Shown: positions 25,045 to 36,778 of the stretch, one piece after another | How the letters are laid out: each line of letters starts with the position of its first letter | Numbering within the stretch: position 1 is the stretch's first letter | Origin: Malacoraja senta | Lineage: Eukaryota | NCBI GenBank assembly: GCA_038087875.1 | Contig: CM075992.1 | Span: forward strand, 1,304,001 to 1,368,000 | Direction: 5' to 3' | Length of the DNA stretch: 64,000 nt | Translations under genes and position numbers: made by a program | The notes under the pieces: model-generated | The model's database searches: none | What the model was told of the DNA's origin: nothing | The model's input: only the letters and a program-made list of their open reading frames with translations

Positions 25045-25360
25045 TTAGACTTTACTGACTTTAGAGACACAGGGTGCATTGAGCCACTTCGGCCCACCGA
25101 GTCCGTGCCGACCAGCGATCACCCCATACACTAACACTATCCTACACACACTAGGGACAATTTACAATTTACACCAAGCCAATTAACCGACAAACCTGCA
25201 CGTCTTTGGAGTGTGGGAGGAAACCGGAGCACCCGGAGGAAACCCACGCAGGTCATGAGAAAACGTACAAACTCCGTACAGACAGCACCCGTAGTCAGGA
25301 TCGAACCCGGGTCTCTGGCGCTGTAGGCAGCAACTCTACCGCTGCGCCTCCGTGCCGCCC
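25045..25360 (-). mobile_element. V-SINE (HE1-like), full length
   Basis: Reverse complement has A/B boxes, V-domain and tail. Confidence 0.9.
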
Positions 25361-25769
25361 GCTGGTGTGCCCAAGCTTGCTCCTAGATTCTGACCAAGTG
25401 TTTAAGAAGGAACTGCAGATGCTGGAATAACCGAAGGTAGACAAAAATGCTGGAGAAACTCAGCGGGTGAGGCGGGAAGGAAATAGGCGACATATCGAGT
25501 CGAAACGTATCGGTCTGAAGAAGGGTTTCGACCCGAAACGTTGCCTATTTCCTTCGCTCCATAGATGCTGCCTCACCCGCTGTTTTTCTCCAGCATTTTT
25601 GTCTATCTTCTGGCTAAGTGTGCTGTCTTTACGGTTTGTACATTCTCCCTGTGACCTCGTGGGTTTTCTCCGGGCGCTCCGGTTTCCTCCCACACTCCAA
25701 AGACGCACAGGTTTGTAGGTTAATTGGCTTCGGTAAATCGAGCAACTGTCCATATGGTGCCAGCACAAC

Positions 25770-26545
25770 AACCTGGCCCTCAACACCAGCAAAACCAAGG
25801 AACTGATTGTGGACTTTGGAAGGAGTAGGATGGGGACCCACAGTCCCGTTTATATCAACGGGTCGATGGTTGAAAGGGTCAAGAGCTTCAAATTCCTGGG
25901 CGTGCACATCTCTGAAGATCTTTCCTGGTCCGAGAAGAATTATGCCATTATTAAGAAAGCACATCAGCGCCTCTACTTCCTGAGAAGATTACGGAGAGTC
26001 GGTTTGTCAAGGAGGACTCTCTCTAACTTCTACAGGTGCACAGTAGAGAGCATGCTGACCGGTTGCATCATGGCTTGGTTCGGCAACTTGAGTGCCCTGG
26101 AGAGGAAAAGACTACAAAAAGTAGTAAACACTGCCCAGTCCATCATCGGCTCTGACCTCCCTTCCATCGAGGGGATCTATCGCAGTCGCTGCCTCAAAAA
26201 GGCTGGCAGCATCATCAAGGACCCACACCATCCTGGCCACACACTCATCTCCCTACTACCTTCAGGTAGAAGGTACAGGAGCCTGAAGACTGCAACGACC
26301 AGGTTCAGGAATAGCTACTTCCCCACAGCCATCAGGCTATTAAACCTGGCTCGGACATAACACTGAACTTTACTAGCCAATACTGTTATTTGCACTTTAT
26401 CAGTATATTGACCATTGTGTATATATTTATAGAATGCCTTGTAGTCAATGTCTACTATGTTCTGTTGTGCTGAAGCAAAGCAAGAATTTCATTGTCCTAC
26501 CAGGGACACGTGACAATAAACTCACTTGAATTGACTTGACTTGAA
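25770..26545 (+). mobile_element. Rex1/Babar-like LINE 3' fragment inserted in a SINE
   Basis: KTKELIVDFG...FKFLGVHISEDLSW...KAHQRLYFLRRL...AIRLLN; (gactt)n tail. Confidence 0.88.
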
Positions 26546-27278
26546 ATCTTTAAATTGGACTAGTCTGTGTAGGTTAGTGCTAGCGTACGGGGTGATCGCT
26601 GGTCGGCATGGGCTTGATGGGCCGAAGGGCCTGTTTCCACGCCAACGTCTACAGTGAGATCCGTATCCTGTCAGCAAAATAAATTAAAAACTTTCCTCAA
26701 TTCTACTTTGAATTCCTTATTCTCGATTCCCCGGACAGCTACTTACTTTATTTCAAATAGAAAGTTATTTGTGAGGATTATTTTCCTTGGTAAGCTATCT
26801 TGTTTTGACTTCACACTGTCTCTCCAAGGAAGTGGCATGTTTTCCATCGCTGCAAGTTAAAGTTAAAAGATTTCTGCTTTTCCTCCGTGTCACAATTAGC
26901 ACCTTCTCCAAGTCTCAGTTGTACAAATCTATTCACAATGTGAGTCCCACTTTATCCTGGAATGAACAACAAATTAGCCCTGCAGTAAATTGACTCTGCA
27001 AATGAATTTGTTGATACAATGATTGCTGTACAGTACAATTCCTTGTGGATAATGTACAGCACAAAGCAGGCCATTCGGCCCATAGCGCCAATGCTGGTAC
27101 TTTGAAACAGTTATTCAATGACTGCTGATGGAACTCAGTGGGCTAGGTGCAAGGTCTCGACCCGAAACTTTGACTTTCATTTTAGTTCAAGAGCCAACCA
27201 AGTCCATGGAGACCATCGATCACCCGCCCACACTAGTTCCATGTTTGCATTCACTCAACCAATCAACATTTTAGTTTT

Positions 27279-27375
27279 AGTCTGAAGAAGGGTTTCGGCC
27301 CGAAACGTTGCCTATTTCCTTCGCTCCATAGATGCTGCTGCACCCGCTGAGTTTCTCCAGCATTTTTGTGTACCT
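27279..27375 (+). mobile_element. Minimal hammerhead-bearing Penelope-derived insertion
   Basis: Starts at the core ctgaagaagggtttcggcccgaaacgtt (27282-27309); aacattttagttt repeated on both sides. Confidence 0.8.
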
Positions 27376-28254
27376 AACATTTTAGTTTAGTTTAGTTTAG
27401 AGATACAGCACGGAAACAGGCCCTTTGGCCCACCGAGTCCGCACCGACCTGCGATCCCCGCACACTAACACAATATCACACACACCAGGGACAATTTTAC
27501 ATTTATACCAAGCCAATTAACCTATAGACAATAGACAATAGACAATAGACAATAGACAATAGGTGCAGGAGTAGGCCATTCGGCCCTTCGAGCCAGCACC
27601 GCCATTCAATGTGATCATGGCCAATCATCCCCAATCAATACCCCGTTCCTGCCTTCTCCCCATATCCCCTCCCTGACTCCGCTATTTTTAAGAGCCCCAT
27701 CTAGCTCTCTCTTGAAACCTGCACGTCTTTGGAGTTTGGGAGAAAACCGAAGATCTCGGAGAAAACCCACGCAGTTCATGGGCAGAACGTGCAAACTCCG
27801 TACAGACAGCACCCGTAGTCAGGATCGAACCCGGGTCTCTAGCGCTGTAAGGGAAGTAGTAGCTCTACCGCTGCGACACCTTGCCGCACGGTGGATGTAG
27901 TTTGACCCACTGAGTTCCTCCAGAAGTTAACTTTCTCTTTGTTTTCAATTACAGCAACTGCAATCTCTTGTGTCTCAATTCAACGAGTTCCTACTCTCTC
28001 TCTCTCTCCGTTGTCTCCTGCCAATACCTTTTCCAGCATTTTGTTCAATTTCCATTAGACTGTACATACTGTGTGTGGAGTGTGGGAGGAAACCGGAGCA
28101 CCCGGAGAAAACTCACGCAGGTCACGGGGAGTAGGTACAAACTCCGTACAGACAGCACCGGTAGTCGGGATCGAACCCGGGGGTCTCTGGGGTTGTGAGG
28201 CAGCAACTCTACCACTGCTCCACCGTATCGCCATGTCGTTCGCACAGTTGTGTG

Positions 28255-29090
28255 AGTTGTAAACACTGCCCAGTCCATCATCGGCTCTGACCTCCCTTCC
28301 ATCGAGGGGATCTATCGCAGTCGCTGCCTCAAAAAGGCTGGCAGCATCATCGAGGACCCACACCATCCTGGCCACACACTCATCTCCCTACTACCTTCAG
28401 GAGCCTGAAGACTGCAACGACCAGGGTCAGAAACAGCTTCTTCCCCACAGCCATCAGGCTATTAAACTCAACAAACTCAACTCAACTCAAACATTTATAA
28501 TCTTGACCATCCGTGACTGGGGATGGTCAAGATTATAAATGATCTCCTTACTTCTATTTTCTTTTCTTCTCTTCTCTTCTTTTATTCTCTTTCTTCTATT
28601 TTCTATGTCTCAACTTTCTTTTTTCACTCTTTATTTTTCTTTTTCACACACTATATATCTCACATTTTTCTATTTTTCATTATCTAACTTTTTTCTTTTT
28701 CTTCTTTATTACAACAATTTTTTTAAATAAGAAGCTGTACATAAAAGGTATTATGAAAATATGATTGTATACAATTGTACTTACTCCTAATAAAATTAAA
28801 ATATTAAAAAAAAAAAAAATTAAAAAAAAGGCTGTCAGTATCATCGAGGACCCACACCATCCTGGCCACACACTCATCTGCCCGCTACCTTCAGGAGCCT
28901 GAAGACTGCAACGACCAGGTTCAGGAATAGCTACTTCCCCACAGCCATCAGGCTATTAAACTCAACTCAAACAAAACTCTGAACATTAATAGCCCATTAT
29001 TATCTGTTTATTTGCACTTGATCAGTTTATTTATTCATGTGTGTATATATTTATATAATGGTATATGGACACACTGATCTGTTTTGTAGT
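28255..29090 (+). mobile_element. Rex1/Babar-like fragment interrupted by a poly(A)-tailed insert
   Basis: Paralogous to 18000-18360; insert 28492-28829 carries AATAAA and poly(A). Confidence 0.8.
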
Positions 29091-31512
29091 CAAAGTTGAC
29101 TGGGATAGCAGACTCAAGAATAAGACGGTACATGAGCAGTGGTGTACGTTTAAGGATCTACTGTATAACCTTCAAGAAAAAATTATTCCTATGAAGAAAA
29201 AAAGGGGTAAGGGAAAGAACAGTCAGCCATGGCTCAGTAAAACTATAAAGGATAGTATTCGGCTGAAGGCAAGGGCATATAAGGTAGCTAGAGATAGTGG
29301 GAGGGTAGAGGATTGGGAAGCATTTAAAGGTCAGCAAAAAATAACTAAGAGATTAATTAAGACGGGGAAAATAGACTATGAAAGGAATTTAGCGAACAAC
29401 ATAAAAACTAATAGTAAGAGTTTTTATAGCTATATAAAAAGAAAAAGGGTGGCTAAGGTGAACGTTGGTCCATTGGAGGGTGAGACTGGAGAGTTGTTGG
29501 TGGGGAACATGGAAATGGCAAAGGCATTAAACGAGTATTTTGTATCAGTCTTCACCATAGAAGACACAAAAAATATTCCAACGCTGGATAAACAGGGGGC
29601 GGTAGGAATGGAGGAGCTAAATACTATTAAGATCACCAAGGAGGTGGTATTAGGGAAATTAATGAGACTGAAGGAGGATAAATCCCCTGGGCCTGATGGA
29701 TTACATCCAAGGGTCTTGAGGGAGATAGCGGTGGGGATTGTGGATGCATTGGTGATAATTTTCCAAAACTCCCTGGAGGCAGGAACGGTCCCAGTGGATT
29801 GGAAAATGGCCAATGTAACACCTATATTTAAAAAAGGAAGTAAACAGAAGGCGGGTAACTATAGACCGGTTAGTCTAACATCGGTGGTGGGTAAAATGTT
29901 AGAGACAATTATTAAAGAAACACTAATGGGGCACTTGGATAAACATGACTTCATCGGACAGAACCAGCATGGTTTTGTGAAGGGGAAGTCCTGTTTAACG
30001 AATCTGCTCGAATTCTTTGAGGAAGTAACAACCCGGGTGGATAAAGGGGAACCGGTGGATGTGGTATACTTGGACTTCCAAAAGGCTTTTGACAAGGTGC
30101 CACATAAGAGACTATTGCTAAAAATAAAAAATTATGGGATTGGGGGTAATATATTAGCATGGGTAGAGGATTGGCTAACAAATAGGAAGCAGAGAGTGGG
30201 GATAAATGGTTCATACTCGGGATGGCAACCGGTAACTAGCGGGGTTCCGCAAGGGTCGGTGCTGGGACCCCAGTTGTTCACAATTTATATAAATGATTTG
30301 GAGGAGGGAACCAAGTGTAATATATCAAAATTTGCGGACGATACAAAAATGGGAGGAAAAGTAGGGGATGAGGAGGATAGGAAGAGTCTGCAAAAGGATA
30401 TAGATAAGCTAGGTGAGTGGGCAACAACTTGGCAGATGAAATTTAATACTAATAAATGTGAAGTCATTCACTTTGGGAAAAAAAATGATAGGGCAAGTTA
30501 TTTTCTAAATGAGGTGGAGCTGCGTTGTAATGCAACGCAAAGGGATCTAGGGGTAGTAGTACATGAATCACTAAAAGTTAGTATGCAGGTGCAGTAAGCA
30601 ATCAGGAAGGCCAATGGAGTTTTGGCCTTTATTACTAGGGGGATTGAGTATAAAAACACGGAGGTCTTGCTGCAGCTGTACACAGTATTAGTGAGACCAC
30701 ATTTGGAATACTGTGTACAGTTCTGGGGTCCATACTTAAGAAAGGATGTACTGGCCCTGGAGGCAGTGCAGCGAAGGTTTACAAGATTAATTCCTGCAAT
30801 GAGGGGATTGACATATGAGGAAAGGTTAAGTAGGCTGGAACTCTACTCTTTGGAGTTTAGAAGAATGAGAGGCGATCTCATTGAAACATATAAGATCGTG
30901 AGGGGCCTTGATCGGGTGGATGCACCGAGGATGTTCCCAATGATCGGGGAAACTAGAACTAGGGGACATAGTTGTAGAATAAGAGGGGGCTCTTTTAAAA
31001 CTGAGATGAGGAAGAACTTCTTCACCCAGAGGGTGGTTAATTTATGGAATTCACTGCCCCAGGGAGCAGTGGAAGCAGAAACATTAAATATATTTAAGTC
31101 TAAAATAGATGGTTTTTTAGCTGCCAAGGGGATAAGGGGCTACGGGGAGAGGGCAGGGATATGGACCTAGGTATGGTTAGTATAGTAAGACCTGAGTGAT
31201 CTCCTGGACAAGTGTCGATCGCCTGGATTGGGGTCGGAGAGGAATTTCCCGGATTTATTTCCCGAATTGGACCTGGGTTTTTATCCGTTTTTTTGCCTCC
31301 CCCAGGAGATCACGCGGTTCTTGGGGTGGAGAGGGGTGATAGCGATATAAAGGGGAGGGTAGTGTCTTGTGTTCTGTGTCTTGTGTCTACTGTTTGTGGG
31401 TAAGGGTGTCTGTTTAGTGTTCAGCCATGAGCGAATGGCGGTGCGGGCTCGATGGGCCTGGTGGTCTACTCTCGCACCTACTTTCTATGTTTCTATGTTT
31501 CTATGTTTCTAT
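29091..31512 (+). mobile_element. CR1-clade LINE, 5'-truncated: reverse transcriptase domain plus long 3' UTR, one nonsense mutation
   Basis: ORFs 29065-30597 and 30622-31170 are in the same frame, split by a single TAA. Motifs KSPGPDGLHP, NYRPVSLTS, QHGF, YLDFQKAFDKVPH, GVPQGSVLGP, FADD; (ttctatgt)n tail. Confidence 0.95.
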
Positions 31513-34499
31513 CAGAGACACATGACAATAAACTCTCCTGAATCTTGAAATATTGGAACACACCAGGTACTCAATAAATAGACTTGTGGGGAGTGTCGTG
31601 TGGTGTCCCCGGAGAGTGTCACACTCTTGTAACACGTGACCTGTTCCCAGCAACTCTTGTACATAGAACCTTAACGCACAGAAGCAGTATCATGACCTTC
31701 CGCCAGCGCGTTGGAAAGAGCTGCACAATATCACACCTCATTGAAACGTACAGAACAGTGAAAGGCTTGGACAGAGTGGATGTGGAGAGGATGTTTCCAC
31801 TAGTGGGAGAGTCTAGGACCAGAGGGCACAGCCTCAGAATTAAAGGACGTTCTTTTAGGAAGGAGATGAGGAGAAATTTCTTTGGTCAGAGGGTGGTGAA
31901 TCTGTGGAATTCTTTGCCACAGAATGCTGTGGAGGTCAAGTCAGTGGATATTTTTAAGACAGAGATAGATAGATTCTTGATTAGTGCGGGTGGTGGGGAG
32001 AATGGCGTTGCTGTCTCGAAGGGCCGAATGACCTACTCCTGCACCTATTGTCTATTGTCTATAAAGAAGAAGAATTTACAAGGCTCTTGGCAGCTCACGT
32101 AAAGACACAAAATTCCTTTGCTTGGGATAGAATTCACCTTGAATAATTTCTGTAAATTAAAAGGAATCTTAGTGGACCAAATCTTGTTTTATGTCACACC
32201 TGTCCAAAGATGCACAGGTTTGTAGGTTAATTGGCTTCAGTAAATCGTAAATTGTCCCCAGTGTGTGTTCGGGGATCGTTGGTCAGCGTGGGCTCGGTGG
32301 ACAGAAGGGGCTGTTTCCGCGCTGTATCTCTAAACTGAATTATACTAAAAAAAACAGCCATTGAAAATCAATTGTCCAAACATATCTCTGTTCAATCGCA
32401 CTCCACAGGTGGCCTATGCCAACTCTCCTGCTACCCCACCGTGCCGCCTATTCCGGTGTGCTGAAGCAAAGCAAGAATTTCATTGTCCTATCTGGGACAC
32501 ACGACAATCAACTCTCTTGAACCTTGGAGTTGGTATCCTAGCTAATCCCGTTTGCCTGCTCCTGCACCTGTTTTTCTATGTTTCTAAGTTTTATCCATAA
32601 GTCCAAATGACTTTTGAATGATATACAAACGTACACACTGTAGGAGTGGGATAGAATGATGAGTCTTGTGGGTGATCAGGTTAGTGTGTGTGAGGGTTAC
32701 CTGGGAGGTAGCGGCCCAGCTTTGAGTAATATTCCCCACACAGTGATGAAGATACGACTGGAATGGCAGAAGATCTGTCTGAAGAAGGGTCTCGACCTGA
32801 AACGTCACCCATTCCTTTTCTCCAGAGATGCCGCCTGTCCCGTTGAGTTACAATAGACAACAGGTGCAGGAGTAGGCCATTCGGCCCTTCGAGCCAGCAC
32901 CGCCATTCAATGTGATCATGGCTGATCATCCCCAATCAGTACCCCGTTCCTGCCTTCTCCCCATATCCCCTCCCTGACTCCGCTATCTTTAAGAGCCCTA
33001 TCTAGCTCTCTCTTGAAAGCATCCAGAGAACCCGCCTCCACCGCCCTCTGAGGCAGAGAATTCCACAGACTCACAACTCTCTGTGAGAAAAAGTGTTTCC
33101 CCGTCTCCGTTCTAAATGGCTTACCCCTTATTCTGAAACTTATCCCTTATCCCCAAGGTGATCAGGCGCAATTTCTCTCAAAGAATTCATTTGTCCTGAA
33201 GACCCAATGCCTTTTCTCAAGGCCTCCACCGCCCTCTGAGGCAGTTACTCCAGCTTTTTTGTGTGTCTATTCTCTGGAAAAGTGTTGAATTGGAAGTATT
33301 GGTGCCTGGAGTAGATGTTTCAGAGATGTCAAGTATAGCAGAGTTGAGTGAACAATGCAACAGTAATTTTATGGTTAGTTAGATTTACAATGGATATTGA
33401 TGCACGCAGTTAACCATATAATTTTATGCGTATGAATAGCTGATGGTTTGAATGGGTTTGCTTTCAAGAAGAAGAGATTTGTGTATGAGTGTACGTGCAC
33501 CTTGAAGAAATGTCGCCAGCCAACAATCAAGAGCATTTAATTTAGTTGAGTTTAGCTTATTGTCAAGTGTAACGGGGTACAGTGAAAAGCTTTTTGTTGC
33601 TTGCTAAACATTGCATGATTACAATCTAGCCGTTCACAATGAAGCTTCAACCCGATGAAGCTGTAACTCAGGACAACATTGTTAGTATCAGAGGCAGGAA
33701 ACATGTTCCCGATGTTGGGGGGGGAGTCCAGAACCAGGGGCCACAGTTTACGAATAAGGGGTAAGCCATTTAGAACGGAGACGAGGAAATACTTTTCCTC
33801 ACAGAGAGTGGTGAGTCTGTGGAATTCTCTGCCTCAGAGGGCGGTGGAGGCAGGTTCTCTGGATGCTTTCAAGAGAGAGCTAGATAGGGCTCTTAAAGAT
33901 AGCGGAGTCAGGGGATATGGGGGGAAGGCAGGAACGGGGGGTACTGATTGGGGATGATCAGCCATGATCACATTGAATGGCAGTGCTGGCTCGAAGGGCC
34001 AAATGGCCTACTCCTGCACCTATTGTCTATTGTCTATAGAGCCACACAGCCCAGAAACAGGTCCTTCAGACAATGAGCTTGCACCAGCCATCTGGCATTT
34101 CTCCATTTGTGGGAAGGAATTGCAGATGCTGGTTTACATCGAAGAAAGGCACAAAGTGCTGGAGTAACACAGAGGGTCAGGCAGCATCTCCGGGGAACGT
34201 GGACAGGTGTGACGTTTCGGATGGGGACCCATTCTTCAGAAGATGGGTTCCGACCCAAAATGCTAGTCTGAAGAACGGAAGGGTCGGGACCTGAAATGCC
34301 ACCTATCCAAATTCTCCAGAGATGTTGCCTGACCCGTTTGGTTACTCTGGCACTCTGTGTTTTATTTTGTAAACCAGTATCTGCAGTTCCTGGAGCAACT
34401 CAGCGGGTCAGGTAACATCTCTGGAGAACATGGATAGGTGGCATTTCAGGCCAGGACCCTTCTTCAGGCTGGCGTTTCGGGTCGGGACCCATCTACTGA

Positions 34500-35150
34500 A
34501 GAACGTCACCTATCCATGTTCTCCACAGATGCTGCCCGACCCACTGAGTTACTCCAGCACTCTGTGAAACGTCACCTATCCATGTTCTCCACAGATGCTG
34601 CCTGACCCACTGAGTTACTCCAGCACTTTGTGAAACGTCACCTATCCATGTTCTCCACAGATGCTGCCTGACCCGCTGAGTTACTCCAGCACTCTGTGAA
34701 ACGTCACCTATCCATGTTCCGGCAGCATCTATGGAGCGAAGGAAATAGGCAACGTTTCGGCCCGAAAACCTTCCGGGTTTCGGCCCGAAACGTTGCCTAT
34801 TTCCTTCAGGGTTTCAGCCCGAAAGGTTGCCCATTTCCTTCGCTCCACAGATGCTGCCTGACCCGCTGAGTTACTCCAGCACTCTGTGAAACGTCACCTA
34901 TCCATGTTCTCCACAGATGCTGCCTGACCCGCTGAGTTACTCCAGCACTCTGTGAAACGTCACCTATCCATGTTCTCCACAGATGCTGCCTGACCCGCTG
35001 AGTTACTCCAGCACTCTGTGAAACGTCACCTATCCATGTTCTCCACAGATGCTGCCTGACCCGCTGAGTTACTCCAGCACTCTGTGAAACGTCACCTATC
35101 CATGTTCTCCACAGATGCTGCCTGACCCGCTGAGTTACTCCAGCACTCCG
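34500..35150 (+). repeat. 66-bp tandem array derived from the Penelope 3' module, with an inner fold-back insert
   Basis: Unit tgaaacgtcacctatccatgttctccacagatgctgcctgacccgctgagttactccagcactctg; 22-aa repeat in ORF 34806-35270. Confidence 0.92.
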
Positions 35151-35324
35151 TGTCTGTATTTTTGGTTGTAAATCAGCATCTGTAGTTGCTTGTGCCTCCG
35201 TGGAATACACAAAGCTCAACAAGCCCACAACCAACAGATCAACATCCCAGCCAAAAACCTCGGAGCACAAAATGAAACAAAGAGAGGCTCGGTGGGCTGC
35301 CAGTCCCCAGGCTCTGAGCGGGGG

Positions 35325-35857
35325 GACGGCACGGTGGGGCAGCGGTAGAGTTGCTGCCTTACAGTGTTTACAGCGCCAGAGACCCGGGTTCGATCCCGAC
35401 TACGGGTGCTGTCTGTACGGAGTTTGTACGTTCTCCCCGTGACCTGCATGGGTTTTCTCTGAGATTCTCTGCCTCAGAGGGCGGTGGAGGCCGGTTCTCT
35501 GGATACTTTCATGAGAGAGCTAGATAGGGCTCTTAAAGATAGCGGAGTCAGGGGATATTGGGAGAAGGCAGGAACGGGGTACTGATTGGGGATGATCAGC
35601 CATGATCACATTGAATGGCGATGCTGGCTCAAAGGGCCGAATGGCCTACTCCTGCACCTATTGTCTATTGTCTATTGATCTTTCCTCCCACACTCCAAAG
35701 ACGTGCAGATATGTAGGTTAATTGGCTTGGTGCAAGTGTAAAATGTCCCTAGTGTGTGTAGGATTGTGTTAGTGTAAGGGGATCGCTGGTCGGCACAGAC
35801 CCGGTGGGCCGAAGGGCCTGTTTCCACGCTACATATCTAAACTAAACTAATCTAAAC
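35325..35857 (+). mobile_element. V-SINE interrupted by a CR1 3' fragment (35464-35677)
   Basis: SINE halves rejoin across the CR1 piece. Confidence 0.85.
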
Positions 35858-35929
35858 CAGAAGAGGTTTCTGCGACTGCAAGACATCTTCAGCTGGAGCT
35901 GCCAAGGCATATTGGCTACATCAGTCACG

Positions 35930-36330
35930 GACGACATCCTTCAACCAATTCATTTTGGCCCACATCATATCGAGAGACAGCTGACAGCTCGGCGTGGACC
36001 ATGAGAGAAGGGAGCAACCCACTTGTGGCGCTGAGAACTTGTATTCCAAAACGTATTGCGTCTCGGACCAATTATAAAATGGATATCTATCCAACCAGGT
36101 GGAAAATTGTTTGGGAATGGTTGTCCACAAAATCAGGATGAATGCAACCCGAACAATTATTGCCCCATCAGTCTGCTGTCAATCTTTAGCAAAGTGATGT
36201 GGGGTGCTGTCAACAATGCTAGCGAACGCCACTTAAAAATAACCTGCTCGACTAGGACATGCCAGAGCCACTAAACTCCAGACTTTATCACAACCTCGGA
36301 CAAACAGAGACAACAGATCTCAATTCCAGA
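35930..36330 (+). mobile_element. Ancient decayed LINE RT remnant (CR1/L2 group)
   Basis: NPNNYCPISLLSIFSKVM resembles the NYRPISLL..SK motif; a preceding frame reads IYPTRWKI. Confidence 0.6.
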
Positions 36331-36399
36331 AACTAGAACAATATAAAACATGTTGAAGAAGGAACTGCAGATGCTGGAAAATCGAAGGTAGGCAAGACA

Positions 36400-36778
36400 A
36401 ACGTATCAAATTATAAAAGGACTGGACAAGCTAGATGCAGGAAAAAATGTTCCCAATGTTGGGCGAGTCCAGAACCAGGGGCCACAATCTTAGAATAAAG
36501 GGGAGGTCATTTAAGACTGAGGTGAGAAAAAACTTTTTCACCCAGAGAGTTGTGAATTTGAGGAATTCCCTGCCACAGAGGGCAGTGGAGGCCAAGTCAC
36601 CGGATGGATTTAAGAGAGAGTTAGATAGAGCTCTAGGGGCTAGTGGAGTCAAGGGATATGGGGAGAAGGCAGGCACGGGTTATTGATAGGGGACGATCAG
36701 CCATGATCACAATGAATGGCGGTGCTGGCTCGAAGGGCCGAATGGCCTCCTCCTGCACCTATTTTCTATGCTTCTGTG
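36400..36778 (+). mobile_element. CR1 3' fragment nested in a Penelope fold-back (36353-36881)
   Basis: CR1 ORF2 end; outer TSD acaatataaaacatg (36338-36352) / acaatgtaaaacatg (36882-36896). Confidence 0.85.

Noticed and set aside
32138..32149. 12-nt minus-strand micro-exon
   Set aside because: Too short to support; the donor is degraded in the paralog near 20395.
34500..35150. CRISPR-like array
   Set aside because: Units are contiguous with no unique spacers, the context is eukaryotic, and there are no cas genes.
34806..35270. 22-aa repeat protein
   Set aside because: Antisense reading of the 66-bp array.
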